From the human T2T-CHM13v2.0 reference genome, Homo sapiens: DNA of 64,000 bases. Below are positions 15,027 through 31,199 of the stretch, one piece after another. Below the pieces are notes generated by a model that saw only the letters and a list, made by a program, of their open reading frames with translations, did not search any database and had not been told where the DNA came from. Both the position numbers and the translations under genes were made by a program. The stretch is from NCBI RefSeq assembly GCF_009914755.1, contig NC_060939.1; one strand, 5' to 3'. Numbering within the stretch: position 1 is the first letter of the stretch; the number at the start of each line of letters is the position of its first letter.

Positions 15027-15559
15027 ATATAAAGTGTATTTTTTCTATTTTTGTTTTTGGTTTTAATTTGCAGAGATTTGCTGCCAGGAATCAATTTTGA
15101 GGGTTCAGTTTCAGCTTGGAGGAAAAAAAAAAACAACATTATACATCCTTCAGTATAGGAGATGAGGGAGTGAGAGGAAATATTTTTTGAAGAAGCATTT
15201 CTGTAAAATTAGAAATTACTTTTTAAAATCTATTTAAAGTTTGGCGTGGAGAATGCCATCTCTGATTATATGGCCTTGTATTGCAAAGCGGATTAGTGGC
15301 TGGGGTGCCTGTTGTGGGTGTGAGTGTGTACAAGAGCGATTGAAGCAAAATCTGTTGTCATGTTAGTAAATGATTTGAAAACTGAATGTAAAACTTGAGT
15401 AGATTTTTTTTTTTTAGTTTGAAATTGAGTCTGTCTTTTTGACCTTACTAATATTTCCTTCAACAAGTTGTAAAACTGTGATTGTACTTGGACATGTGAC
15501 TACTAATCAGTTTGATACTCAAGGAAAGAATGGGGGTTCTTAAAAACATTGAAAATTTC

Positions 15560-15917
<358 letters not shown>

Positions 15918-18900
15918 TCAGAGTCTTAAAATTCCCTGTGATTCCCCCTGCTAAAATGGGAAACAATTTTTTTTTCTTACTCCATATGTTATTCTCTGTT
16001 CTTTGACTGCCCATCCCCAAAAGCAAAATAACCAACTACTTACTGAATTATATTTGTCATTGCTTTGACCAGTCTAGTCAAATCATATAAATTGTTCTAA
16101 ATTTCAGAATTGAACATTGAAGTATTTACTCTTCTGTTCACACATTGAGAATTTTAGGTCCCAAGATGGTAAGGCGGACTGACCTTACAGTAATTTATTT
16201 GCTGTCAGTGTTAAAGATGAAACATTGTGACTGACTCTTAAGTGTTAAATAGTGTAGAAGTAAAATATTATTATTTTTTTTAAAAGGCTTAATTTTGGGG
16301 GGGGGACTTATTTCTGTTTACAGTGTATTTATCACCTTCCTTTCCTCCTCTTCTTCCCCCACACCCAAAAAATACAGTTTGGAATTCACTGAAACAGAAC
16401 CAGCAAGTCATGAGATTTTTTAGTAAAGATGAGAAAGATGGTTGAAGAAAATTAATGCATAATTTCTCAGTGAATCAAGTTGTAGCTCTCATATACTAAA
16501 TACACAAGTTTACATGCTGTTATTTAGAAAATGGCTAAAATATTAAAAGCCATGTTGTGTTCATCTGTTTTAAGTCATACCATGTTTAGAGTTCTATGTA
16601 AGGTGGGTTTTATTTTTCTTTTAAGGGATAATTTGTAATAGTAAGAACTGTCCCATATGTTAGATTATGTGTGTACAATTACGTGTAAATTGTGAATACT
16701 GGAAAGCACCATTGTGACATAGCGTAAGCATCTTGGTAATATATTAAAGTGAATGTAAATAGTGGTTAAAATTACATTACTGTGAAATTCACCTTCCAAC
16801 TCTAAGTTAAGCTTTGGAGATACGTATTAGCGATTAACTGTTAAGAGCTTTGAAAACACTGCACGTATCTGTACAAGCCAGAATTACTATTTCTTTGACT
16901 TATTGTTAGCATGGCAGTTGCTTTTGATTTGGTTGTTTTATGACATGGTATACTATATTTACTCAGTTTGAAACTATTCATTTCTATACACTATTTTTTA
17001 AAAATCACCTACTAGGTGAAACATACAATGAAACTACCTGTGCTGAAATTTGGGGGAAGTTTAGGTCCTTTAAAAAAATGTATTAATCATTGACTACATC
17101 TATGATAAAAGTGCTTATTTTGGTTTACTAAGATAATGCAGTTGGTGGAAATGATAAACATTTTAAGTGTTAACATCCTTTGAATGCATTGGATTTCAGA
17201 GAATAAACATTCTGTAAAAACAAAAAAAAATTTATTTTGTTGGCCTCCCTTTTAGATGGGCAAATTCCTTGGTGCTAGCCATTCAAAATTGTGTGAAGGG
17301 CAGTATCTGACTTAATTATAATATTTAGGGAAAGCTTTTGTTGTTTGACCTGACAACAAGTTCAGTTTTTTTTTTTTTTTTTTTTTTCCTCCAAGGGCTT
17401 TTAATAGAATTGCTTTGGTCTAAGAATTCATGATAGACTAAATGAAATCCTTCAGTCTGCTGGATTTAGTGAGATCATAAATTAGCCTCATGGTGAATGT
17501 ATCTTTCTTTTCCCTGTTTCATTTGACACAATTCATTGAAATGATGACTACCTATAAGTGGTTAGAATTTTATGTGTGGAAAACTTGAAGAGAAAAACTT
17601 TTCAAAGTAAAGTGTTTGTTTCTTTCATCATGGTGTCACCTGCTTTTGATCTTTTTCATTGTGCTTATGCTTAAAACTAGATTTCAATATATGTTCTTTA
17701 ATGGTAAAAGTTTATATGCAAAATAGGTCTTCTGGCATTTTTACTGTCACGTGTAGAGTGAAGCTAGTGGTGACCCAGTTTTTCTCATCGGGCTTGAGGG
17801 AGGGGTGGGGACAGTTGGATCTGCTCTTCTCTGCTCTTTAACTGGCATAGAAGTGGTAGGAAGGAAACCCAAGCAGGTGTCTCATTGGCATGCCATTGTG
17901 GAGTAGAGAGAGGCAGTGTTCATAGAAGTACAGCAGCTGTGTGGACTTCTGTCATGGGGAGCAGGGCCCAGCAGTCAGGATATCCTTGGGGACTGGTTCC
18001 TGGCATGAGCAAATTCTTGAGTAACTGTAATTCTAGCTAGATTTCTAAAGACAAGATCTTCATACACAGAGAAGCTGGGAAGCAGACTGTATTTCACCTC
18101 AGGGGCCTGTGGTTATAGACTTGAGGAAACATGAGGAACCAGGGTAACAGCAAATGGGACTTATCCTTGGATGCCAGAGTATTTGGCCAGTGCTACTCAC
18201 TGGTCTGGTTAGGGCTGGTCTGGAAGTCATGGGCAGACCCCAGGGTGAGGTCAAGTAGCTCTAACAGGAACCAGGCAGAGCCTGGCCTTCTAGTAAGGGG
18301 CAGGGAGCACTTCCCCAGGTGGGTCCTGTCTTGAATCATGCTGGTGTTTGTATCGGGGAGGCAGCCTTTCTGGCTTCCTCTGGTCTGGGGAGGCCATTTT
18401 GATGGGGAGAAGAAAATTGAAGCTTCTTATATCAAATTCAGCCATTTCTAAATATTGAGACACACAAATGTATGGAGCTGCCAATGTGCAGGGCACACAT
18501 TCAAATTTGGGGAGAATCTAACATAATCTAATGCAATGTAAGCTGTGGTTCTATAAAATTTTGCATTTTTTTAGGGCTTTTGCAGCTTTTGGGGGCTTTC
18601 ACAGGATGTGAATTTTGTATTTTTTGATTGGGTTGTGTTATTTTGGGAACATAGTGAAACTCAGTCACATTTTTAGGATGTTGTATATATGCCAAGGGAA
18701 ATGTATGTTTTTCCCGCTGAATTTTTATTTCTTATGTAAATAACATTAAAACCAGAAAAAAAAGGATGAAGAAATCACCTATAAACCCAAATCCATACTT
18801 TTTTTTAAACAATTTTGCCTTCTCTTTTAGATCTTGAGCATATTCTTACTTGAGACTGTAATTTTAAACATACTGTCAATATAACTTTATATATTTTTTA

Positions 18901-20497
18901 CTTTAAATTATATTTATTTACAGCCAGTAGTTGCATGTTAACTTTATCGAATGATGAACTCAGATCTGCCAAGTTGAACTTCAGTAGTGAATGGTGGATT
19001 TTAGGGTGAAAATGGCTTTGTGTGCAGGCTCCATTCTTTTGGCAAGTGTTGCAGTGGGGGTAACCAGTTGTTGACGCCATGGGGCAGGCAGCTCAGTACC
19101 CTGAACAGGGTCCTGGAAGTTGCTGTAGCGTTTGAGGGGAGCACTCCTATGGTGTGGTTGGAATGCTGTTTTTGGTTATAAGGCCTCTGAACTCGACTTT
19201 CTGGTCCTGTGGTAAATTCCACGAACTGTCTAAAACCTTTAGTAAATTTTGTTTTTTGTTGTAACTCAATTGAGTAGATTAAGTTGTTTGCAACTAAGCA
19301 TCTTGTGAAACATTGACATACTGGTTCTTGAAAGTAATTTGTTTTATGATTTGGAGGCAGTGATTAAGAACCTAGAGTCTAAGGCCAAACTGCCTATATT
19401 CACATCCTGACTGTGTCAATTTGGAGAAGATACTTCACTTTTCTCCCTTAGTTTCTTAAGAAAACACTACTATTATTATAGTGATGATAATTAAATGAAA
19501 CAGTACCTGGTAGCTAATAAGTGTTCCCCCAGTGTTACCATCTTCATTATCATGATCATCATGACAGTAGGTATTTATTGAGCACCTACTCTTTATTAGA
19601 GTTCAACAGAAATGGGGAAAAGTTACAAATAGGTATTCTAGCAAAATTTAGTATATAACAAAGCCTAATTGTATTGTGCATAGTCTTAATGACAGCTCCA
19701 TCTCTGCTCATCCTCTGGTTTCTCTTAAGACACATAGAGAAACAGGGAAGGCATTTGTAGCCATCTAAGATTGGATTTATTGGAATGAATAACATTAAGT
19801 GCTGAGAATAACTGACAAAAGGATTTGATTGTGAATCAAGAATAAAAGGTTGTGGTAAGACTTAGAATTTTGTGTTTATTAAGAGAAGAGCTTAATGCAT
19901 TGTAAGGCATTCCATTTGTTGTTTTAACATTGCCAGCATTTATTATTAAAGTGGGTGGTTGTAGAATAATTATAGTCCATATCATGATGATGATGTTGTT
20001 TTTAGAGAAGATTGAAAATCTATAGTTTTTTCAAACTAATACAGCAAGGAAAACATGTCATCTACTGAGGCTTCAAATAGTTTGCTTGACCTCCTGAGAG
20101 TACTACTGAGATTGTTTAAAGGAACTGCATATTCAGGAAGGTACTTTTATGCAAGTTTTTGCATTTCCTTGTTAAATTCTTAAAAGTATCAGCTTGGTAA
20201 TTGGGGGTTGGGATGGGAGTAAGAAGCAGAAGACAGGGAAAAAGTATGAGATTATTAATACCATTATTTTAATATAACTGAGAATTTATTTGGGAAGAAA
20301 GTAGTAAAGATGGTAGTTATACCTACAATTTTTATAAATTATAAGAATTACAAAGTGAAAGTGACCAGTCATTTTTGCGGGTTTTATATGAGGTTTCTGT
20401 GACCTATTAAATTAAGAAAGATTAGTGGGGGCAGAACATATATTTTTGTGCAGAAAAAGAATAAGGAAATATTTAAATGGTTTTAAAAAGTATATTA

Positions 20498-20812
<315 letters not shown>

Positions 20813-21644
20813 TTACTCTGTGAAAAGGTTGGAAAGTAACTGTGCTTATTAGACATAGACTAGTAGCATTATGGTCACGGAATTAAATTTAACCTCTAGA
20901 TGTTCATTCACTTATGATTGCATAGAGTTAGTAGGATGTCTTATGTATTCTAGCAGGATTTCATACATTGAAGAATTCTCTGATAAGAGAGATTCATTCA
21001 TGATATTTTCTGTATAAGCAAAACCAGAAAATATTTGAAATTTAGGGGAAAAAATTCGACACCTTGGAGTAAAATTAGATTACTTCATAAAACCCAACAT
21101 ATGTAGCTAACCTGATGCAGCCACAAACTTGTTTTCTGTGGAAGTTTTTAGAACTTGCTTTTCAAGAAAGAGACTCAGAGTTGAACTCGGGAGAGCCTGG
21201 CCCAGTCCTGGATCTTGAAGAATTAGTTAGCTAGCTGGGAATATTGGAGGAATAATTAATCATCAACTCTCAGTATGGCCTGTTACGTAAGGATCCCCAG
21301 TGCCTTAGTGTGCTCAGGCTGCCATAGCAAAATACCATAGATTGGGTAGCTTAAACAACAGAAATTTGTTCTCTTGTTGAAATGTTGTCATTTTCTTAAT
21401 TTTAATATTTAATTACTGGATTATTTTGTTACCTTTTATTTCACATTTAAGCATTTTTATCAGATTATAGTAAGTAAATTTATTCAAGATGAACTCTACA
21501 AAAAATAGTTTATATGTTCTTAGAGATTATGTGTTTTGTATTGGGTACATCTCTGTTATTGTCATCAGGATATATTTAAATATATATTAAAATTAGATAT
21601 GTATGTTAAAATTGCATGTATTAAATATTATGTGATATATATAA

Positions 21645-23444
21645 TTTATTTTTAAATTTTTGTTTATTTAAGCCCCTGTTCATTTTATTCAAATCATTTT
21701 TTTTTTCTCTTCAAAACTAGCTAGAACTGATGGGGAATCAGGGAAGGCCTTATATATTAAATTCTTAAGTAGATTCTTAAAATTCAAAGTAAGGATCTGT
21801 AAGAGAAGCACAGTCTGTGGGCCTTGTTCCAGCAAACAAAGCCACAAAGGGAGTCCTGCAAATTAAGGAGGATGGCAAATCCATTTCTTAAAAAAAAAAA
21901 AAAAATAGTTCTCGAGGGGAAAAATATAAAATACCTAAGTTTCAAAAGCCAGACGAGTTCCACAATCATTGCTTTCCACCGTAGGGTATCCAAAGATAGA
22001 GTTTCAAGGTATGTTTTCAATGATTCAGTTTTGCAAACATATGCAAATATATTCCTCATTAGCCATCCTGTTTTGGCGACTAATAGCAAGCAATATGCTT
22101 GGATAAGGGGTCCAACTTCCACTTAAATGCAGTTTCTTCTCTTTTGGGCAACAAAGCCATTTGCAGAGATCTGGAAATCATGAGCTTCCTAAGTGGGAGG
22201 AGGTGCTATTCTGGTTCACCTGAAAATATCCTTTCAGATTGACTGGTGTTTTATAGTCCCTTACTTGGTGTGCGTTACTGATGATGATGGGGGTCAGGGT
22301 TGCTATAGTGGAAGTGGGGGTTGGGGAGGGTATTTGCATAGGGGTCATGGCTAAGCTGAGCCAGCATGGGACAATCTGGGCCATGTCTGGCACCATGTCC
22401 CCAGGGATGTGGTGAGTCCACTTGGAGAGCACTTCCAGGTTCACAGGCTTGATGACCTCATCCATGGACCACTGGATCTTAGACAGGGAGATGCCATTCC
22501 ACTTGCCAGTGAGGTCTTGATGGTGGAGGACAGTGTTGCTCCAGGTGATGCCGAGATGGTCTGGGATGAGTCTGAGGAAGCTCCTAGGCTACAGCACCAG
22601 TTCCTTGTAGTACACGAGCAGGCACTTGTCCTTGCCCACCTCCATGCACTGGGTGTACATCACCTCTATGGCCTTGTTCCACTTGGTGAGGCAGTTGCCA
22701 TAGCTGCTGAGGTCGAAGCCTGTGTAGTGACCTTGCAATAGTGACCTTGCATGTGATCAAGGAGTGCATGGAGACATGGCTGTCCTGAGCCATAAGCAGG
22801 AACTTGGAGCTGGAGAACAGGTGTGACAGGTAGACCAGTGATTCAAGGACTTGAGTCTGAAGTGGTCCTTGTTGGAGAGCACATGGGCTGGCTCCCTTTG
22901 CTTAGAGATCACCTCCAGGATGAAGGCCTGCATGGCAATGTCCAGCACCTCGTCAGTCACGCCCGCCTTGTCCAGCTGTAGTTTCTTGTGGCCAGACTTG
23001 GACCAGGCCTGGTGCATGGCCAGCACACAAGGGATGATGTGCGTCTCCTTGCTGCGGTGCACCTCAAGGTGGGCATCCAGCCCAGTGAGTATCAGCATGG
23101 TGCCGCTGCAGAGCATACTGCTCATGAAGATGAGTGGCATGGCCTTGCTGTAGTGGTACTCCACGTGGTCCATCCGATCTACAGGGTCCACTCGGGGCTT
23201 CACCTGCCAGCACTGCCTGGCACATTAATATCTGCTGCCCCAGCTGGACCAACCATCACCAGGGCCAGGGCACAGCCAGCCCGACCTGGCAGGCCCAACC
23301 TGGGGACTCACTTCAGGGACTGTAGCAACAGGTCAGTGGGCGGCCCACCAGGTTCACATCTTGCATCACATCAGGGAGGTGGTCCCACATGCCCAGTGAC
23401 TCCTGGCTCAGCAGCTGCCCCTGCCGGAGAAGTGGGAGGCCTGT
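21645..23444 (-). pseudogene. TPST2P1: Older, degraded processed pseudogene of TPST2 (tyrosylprotein sulfotransferase 2)
   Basis: Minus-strand ORF fragments match TPST2 ([64 protein letters not shown] with the stop at 22178-22180). Multiple frameshifts, and a 14-bp tandem duplication near 22726-22752. The 3'UTR runs to an AATAAA (TTTATT 21684-21689). No convincing TSD. The symbol is from memory. Confidence 0.92.
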
Positions 23445-23539
23445 AATTTTTTTTTTTTTTTTTTAGTACCAGGTCAGCATGGGTTTATGGAACACTGGCT
23501 ACAGTAAATGTGTGAAACATTGTAAATTTTTTTTTCCCA

Positions 23540-24020
23540 ATTTTAATTAAATTTATTTTTGACTTACATACAGTTAAATTCCCTCCTTTTCTATACAGTT
23601 CTGCAAGTTTTGACAAACACATGGAGTTGTGTAGCCATGTGTTGGACCTAACACCATGGTCAAGATGTTGAACATATTTATCATCCCCTAAAAATTCCGT
23701 TAGCCCTTTTGTGGTCAGTTTTTCCCCCCTGCCCTGGAGCCTAAGGATCACTTATCTGCCTTCTGTCGCTCTATTTTTCCTTTTCCAGAATGCCATAGAA
23801 ATGGAATCATGTGGTAGATAGCCTTTTGAGTTTGGCTTCTTTTACTTAGTAGAGCACATTTGTGATTTCTCCATGCTGTTACTTGTATTGTTGCGGAGTA
23901 GTATTCCTTTATATGGATGTATCACAGTTTGTTCATCCATTATTAAAGGTTGTTTATATTCTTTCCAATATAGATGAAGCTGCTATAAAAATTTGTGTGT
24001 AGGGCTTTGTGTGGTAAATA
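23540..24020 (-). mobile_element. Old L1 3' fragment
   Basis: Typical antisense L1M 3'UTR motifs. Confidence 0.65.
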
Positions 24021-24029
24021 TCTAGAAGT

Positions 24030-24734
24030 GCCTCAGGATAGATCATCCCCATAATCTAACTCAAACCTAATTTAGGTAAGATTTGGGAGTTTGAGATGAT
24101 GCTTATTTAGATGACATTTTGAACCTGAGTTGATTCTGTGATGAGTTGGGACTTTGGGGGATGCTGGGATGGGGCAAATGTATCTGGCATGTGGGTCAGA
24201 TATGAATCTTTAAGGCCAGAGGGTGGATGGTGGTGGCCGAAAAGTAAGTCCCTTAAAGATATTAGGTCCTAAGCCATGGAACTTGTAAATGTTACCTTAC
24301 ATAGACTTAGAGTCTTTGCAGATGTAATTAACTTAAGGATCTTGAGATGGAGAGATTATCCTAGAATACCAGGATGGGCCCTAAATGGAATTACATGCAT
24401 CCTGAGAAGAGCAAGGTAGAGGAAGTTTTTACCACACATACTAAAAGGCAATGTGAAAATGAAGCAGAGAGAGATTTGAAGATGCTGATCTTGAAAATTG
24501 GAGTGATGTGTCCACAAGCTAAGGAATGCAGGCAGCTACCAGAAGCTGAGAGAGATGAGAAATGGATTCTCCTCTAGAGCCTCTGGAGGGAGCATGGCCT
24601 TGCTAAGACATTGATTTTGGCCTGCTGATAAGGGTTTTGGACTTCTGGCCTCCAGAACTGTGAGAGAATAAATTTCTGTTATTTTAATCCACCAAGTTTT
24701 TGGTAATTTGTTACAGTAACCATAGGAAACTAAA
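24030..24734 (+). mobile_element. MaLR: end of internal region plus MLT1-type LTR (LTR ~24228-24734)
   Basis: MLT1 motifs: gatgtaattaacttaaggatcttgagatg, ctccagaactgtgagagaataaatttctgtt, gtaatttgttacag...ggaaactaa. Confidence 0.8.
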
Positions 24735-26116
24735 GTGTGTGACCATGGTAGGATGTTTAGTAAATTTTTATTTTTAAGATAAAGTCTTGAGAAAGTAAAA
24801 TTAATTTGTTTGATTTTGATAAGTAGTTGGTTTAAGAAGCCATCTGAAGTGGGTCAGAACTGATCATCTTTTTAGCACTGAATATTACTGAGGAAAAACT
24901 TACAATATTATTTGGTGCTATTTTTAAGACTAAGGCTTTCGTGGAAGAAAAGGCAAAAGGATACCATGGAGTAGAAAGATTATTTGTTAGTGGTTAACAA
25001 TTATCTCGCTCATGGTAATAATATCATAATTTAGTGCCTACTAAATTATGCTGAACATTGCTTGTTAGAGAAGTGATTTTGTCACTTGAGTAAGAATTGA
25101 TACCATTACTCTCTAACGTCTCATGTTATATTCTAAACCCTTTTGACAAATGCCCTTTGAAAGCTACATTTATTTCTAGAATCCAGTCACTTCTGTTTTC
25201 CTCTGCATCAGGCTACCATGATTAAAATCTTGAAAGCCAAACAAATTATTGAATTTGAAGTTACTGCAAATTGGTGAGGAGAGGCGGGTGCTTCTAGGTC
25301 TTCATAACCTTCTTGTCTATTTTCTTGTGATAACCAAGTTTAAGCCAGGGACCTCCTAAAGAAAATATGTGAAGAATTGAAATTGTGAGGTTAAATATTT
25401 TGTATATGTGCATACATATATATGTATATTATTTTTTAGGTAACTTTTCAGGTAAAGATCTGACGGCTCTTTTAGTAAATATCTGGATTAAGTCTTATAT
25501 CAGAAAATATGGTAATTTAGGAGAGGCTGGAATTTCAGCAGTGAAATAATTGTGTTAGACCACGAGATGGTTATTTAACCTCTGTTGGAGGAAGTGGTAC
25601 CTTACAATCAGTGGTGAATAAAAGAAGTTAATTATTTTCCTTGATCTTCTCACTCTGTGGTTTGATTACTTTAAAGGCCTAGAGGTCTTCAGAGACAATT
25701 TAATCACTGTAGCTATTGACCTAGAATAGAACTGCTACAGTAGGCCCACATAAAAATGTCCAGTGTCAATATGATTATGGGTTATTATTATTAGGACCAA
25801 GGCGCAGTTTTTTGATAAAACTCTACTTAAACATCTTAGGGCTGTAAGTAGAGAGAAATTTAACAAATTTAACTCTTAAATTTGCAGAACTGATAAAATC
25901 ATAGAACTTTTAAGATGAACCGGATTCTAAAGAAGTTACCAATCAGTTTACAGACGGTGGAATTGAGACCTACAAATATTAAGTGATTTTTCCAATTAGA
26001 TTTTAAGCACTTCAAGAATAAAGACAATATTCCCTATTGGTGCTCCCTTGACAATACAACTGTTGATGCCACCCTCCCTATTGTTTAATACATATTTGTG
26101 GAATACATAAAGATGT

Positions 26117-26548
26117 TGTCTTAGTCTGTTTTTGCTGCTAGAAGGGAATACCGGAGGCTGGGTATGTTATAAAGAAAAAAGCTTTACTTGGCTCACAGTT
26201 CTACAAGCTGTACAAGAAGCAGGGTGCTGGCTTCTGCTTCTGGTGAGGGCTTCAGGAAGCTTCTATTCATGGTGGAAGGCAAAGGGGAGCTGATATGTGC
26301 AGAGACCACATGGTGAGAGAGGAGGAGGAGGGGAGAGAGAGGAAAGAAGGGAGATACCAGGCTCTTTTTAACAACCAGCTCTTTAGAGAACCAATAGAGC
26401 AAGAGCTCATTAATATGAAGACTCACCCAGCCACTTATGAGGGATCTGCCTCCATGGCTCATACATCTCCCATTAGGCCCCACCTTCAACACCGGTAACC
26501 AACCTTCAACATGAGTTTTGGAGGAGGTCAAGTAAACCAAACTATAGC
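26117..26548 (-). mobile_element. MST-type MaLR LTR
   Basis: tgtcttagtctg...ggctcacagttct...cttctggtgagggcttcaggaagctt...aaactatagc. Confidence 0.8.
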
Positions 26549-26744
26549 GGATGCCTACCAGAAATTTGCAAAAGAAAACTAGTATTTTGAAGGACTGAAC
26601 AATGGTCCCGTATCAGGAGAAATGATACATAACCTGGAAAAATAATCCCTTTTAGTGTTGTGAGGTCACATTTAAAATTTTGTATTTATAATGGAAAAAA
26701 TGGAAGTCATAGAAGGAAAGAAGTTCATAATTTTGATCTTCTAT

Positions 26745-27744
<1,000 letters not shown>

Positions 27745-27745
<1 letters not shown>

Positions 27746-28249
27746 GTAGCCTCAAAACTACAGTCTCTTGGACATTCTGCTCCCTAGTCTCCCACCCCTC
27801 TGAAGCACAGAGAGGAGCTTTCTCTGAAGTTCTCTCATCTGACTAAGGGAAGTTCCTTCAGAAAGAATGTGATTGTCATGAATAACTTCCCTGAATTCTA
27901 CACTAACCAGAGAAGATGACTCATATCACAGAAGAGGAGGCTGACAGGTCTTCATGCCCAGGACACCACACCCAGACAGACTTTTCACCAGTACTTCTGA
28001 GGGCTGCCACCTGAGAGACTTTATCTGCATAATAAGATGATCTTTGTTTATAGTACAGTTCCTCCCCTTGCCCTACCGTAGTTCAACCATCTGGCGTTTC
28101 TCTGCATCTCACACTTTGTGGGATCCCCCATGCATATGCATGTTATAAGTGTGTACACCTTTTCTTCTGCTAATCAATTGTCAGTTTATTTTATAGACTC
28201 TAATTATTGAATTTCCCGAGGGGAAGGAGAGGGTTCTCTCCCCTCTGCA
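27745..28249 (+). mobile_element. Probable ERV1-class solo LTR (MER34/MER39-like)
   Basis: TG...CA ends, and the 3' end resembles the MER34/39 termini. The family is uncertain. Confidence 0.45.
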
Positions 28250-29202
28250 GCATGTAGGGCAAGAGAAGACTGAAGAGACCACATTTAAAAAGATGACTGA
28301 TAAACATTTCTTACAAATCTATTATTTATATAATGTGTTGAAGTTATTAGGATTACTTCAGAGAAAAATGGCCAGAAGCCTGGTCTTGCAAGTGAAATTA
28401 AGTGTCACACAAGCCTCTTATTCTTTACCTGATTTATGTTACGACTTGTTCTAAAAAGTTAATACCTAAATTTAATTAGAAATGAAAGAAGTATAGGTAC
28501 TTAAGACTCTCATTAAATCAGAACATTTAGAAAAGGGTGGGACTTAGAGCAGAAAAGAATCTTAAAGATCAATTTATCCAACTCCTCCTCAATTTTGTCC
28601 TTCTTTTCTTTTTGCCTACCTAATTAATTTTGTTATAAAATATAGCACAAATATAAAAGAACAGAGAATGATAAATGAACCCTTTGAATATACATCTGTT
28701 TATATTTGCTTCAGGTGCTTTTTACTTTTACACAAATGACATATTCCAATACTGTTATACGTTTTCTTTTCACTTTGATTTTTAGTTTTTTGATGAACTG
28801 TTGTAGGTATGATTGAATGTACTTCTCTGTGATTTCTTTCCTCTTCTCTGTCACCTGAGGTAACTCTTTTCTTGAGTTTAGTGCTTATCAGTCTCATATT
28901 TCTTTTACCACATCCATATATATATTCACAAAAAATAGGGCATTATATTTTGCTGTTTGATACTTTATATAAATGGTGTTAAATGTGAATGTAATTCTAT
29001 AATGTGCTTTTTTTGGGTAAACACTACATTTTTTGACATTTATCTATGCTGATACCTGGTTAGCATAAGTTCCCCACTTGTTATTGCTTTCCAGAATTTG
29101 TTAGCTATTCTTATGTATTCTTCTTGAATTTTAACATACATTTATTATGTCCTACCGGAAGACTCTGTTGTGATTTTGGTAGCATTTTTATTAAAATTAT
29201 AG

Positions 29203-29571
<369 letters not shown>

Positions 29572-29652
29572 TAAAAATGTCACAATTCTGTGTTTAGTCA
29601 AAAAGTCTTTTATGCTCTTCAGTAATGTTTTATAACTTTCTTCAAAACTTTT

Positions 29653-29951
29653 GGCTGGGTGTGGTGACTCACGCCTGTAATCGCAGCACTTTGGGAGGCT
29701 GAGGCAGGTGGATCACAAGATCAGGAGATCGAGACCATCCTGGCCAACATGGTGAAACCCCGTCTCCACTAAAAATACAAAAAATTAGTCAGGCGTGGTG
29801 GTGCATGCCTGAAACCCCAGCTATTTGGGAGGCTGAGGCAGGAGAATCCCTTGAACCAGGGAGTCAGAGGTTGCAGTGAGCCTTGATCGCGCCACTGCAC
29901 CCCAGCCTGCAGAGAGAGCAAGACTCCGTCTCAACAACAACAACAACAAAA
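29653..29951 (+). mobile_element. Alu (AluSc-like) with a (CAA)n tail
   Basis: Full dimer. Confidence 0.92.
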
Positions 29952-30837
29952 AGTTTTATATATTTTTTAAAAACACATTTCTAAATACTTTATGGCCTTT
30001 GATTGTGAATGATAGCTATTTTTCTATTCCATTCTCTCATTGGATAGTACTGATTTATAAGAATTCTTATTTATATTAATCTTGTCTCCAGTTACCTTTC
30101 TGAGATACTAGTTTTATACCTTGTTTGTAGATCTTGCTGTTTTTATGTAGAAAGCCATCTCATCTGCAAATAAGGAGGGTTTGTTTGTTGTATTCCTTCT
30201 TGATGCTCTTATTTCGTTTCCTATTTTCTTTTGTGTGGTAGGATACGTAATCTGCTAAGACCTCCTACAGTAAAACCAGTTCCTTTCGCCTTTTTTCCTA
30301 AAGTCCAGTTAATGATACAAAGTTCTCACAAATTTTGATACATACCACCATTGCTCAATTTTATGCATTTTTGTTTTTTCCATCACTTCCTCTTTCATCT
30401 ATGAGTAACATAGGAATGTGTTTTTTAATTTCTGAAAATTTTTTGGAGGACTATGTTTTTAATTTTGAATTCTAATTTAATTACTATTTGATTTGATGCA
30501 GTCTAGTCAAGTCCTGAGCAGAACTTTTGACAGCTTTATAGGGCTAGAGGACAAAGTTTAGAGATGAGGGCTTGCCAAAGATGAGAACTCTTATAAATAT
30601 CCCAAGCTTTGGGGGCAGGGGGCCTCTAACAGACTATACCCTAGGAGTAAGTGTGAACTGAAATTGAAAGATCTCCCCCTGACAGTTTCAGATTTATCTG
30701 ATTGGCACCAAAAATTAATACCTGAAATTGACTAAGGTGATCCTAGACTCCTGGTACTCCCAGTATCAAGTCAGAATTCTGTCTGGAGAAAACATCATTT
30801 CAGCCTTTAGATTTTTTATGAGATAGTTTTTCAAATG

Positions 30838-31079
30838 CAATTGACCCTTGAACAACATGGGTTTGAACTGTGTGAGTCCATTTATATGTGGATTTTTTTT
30901 CAACTAAACTTAGATTGAAAATATGGTATTTGCAAGACGTGAAACCTGCATATCTAGAGGACCAACTTTTTGTATACATGAGTCCTGCAGGGCTGACTTT
31001 GGGACTTGAGTATACACAAATTTGGGGTATCCTTGGGGGTCCTAGAATCAATCCCCTGTGTGTACCAAAGGACGACTCT
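30838..31079 (-). mobile_element. MER8-like Tigger non-autonomous DNA transposon
   Basis: The ends caattgacccttgaacaacatggg and accaaaggacgact match MER8 termini as recalled. Confidence 0.75.
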
Positions 31080-31199
31080 AGTATGACACATAATGAGAGA
31101 TACTCAGTTGCATAAGGACACATGACAACAAGAATGAGAGCCAGTAAAGGCTATAGTACTAGACTCAAAGGAGATCCAGTTATTGGAATTACCAAACAG

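Noticed and set aside
22409-23446. Several 100-150 aa + strand ORFs
   Set aside because: Antisense shadows of the GC-rich TPST2 pseudogene CDS.
23447-23478. Poly-T plus AG, then TACCAG|GTCAGC: possible in-frame 6-nt microexon
   Set aside because: Weak donor, and the T-run looks like a slippage or insertion-junction tract. There is no supporting evidence.
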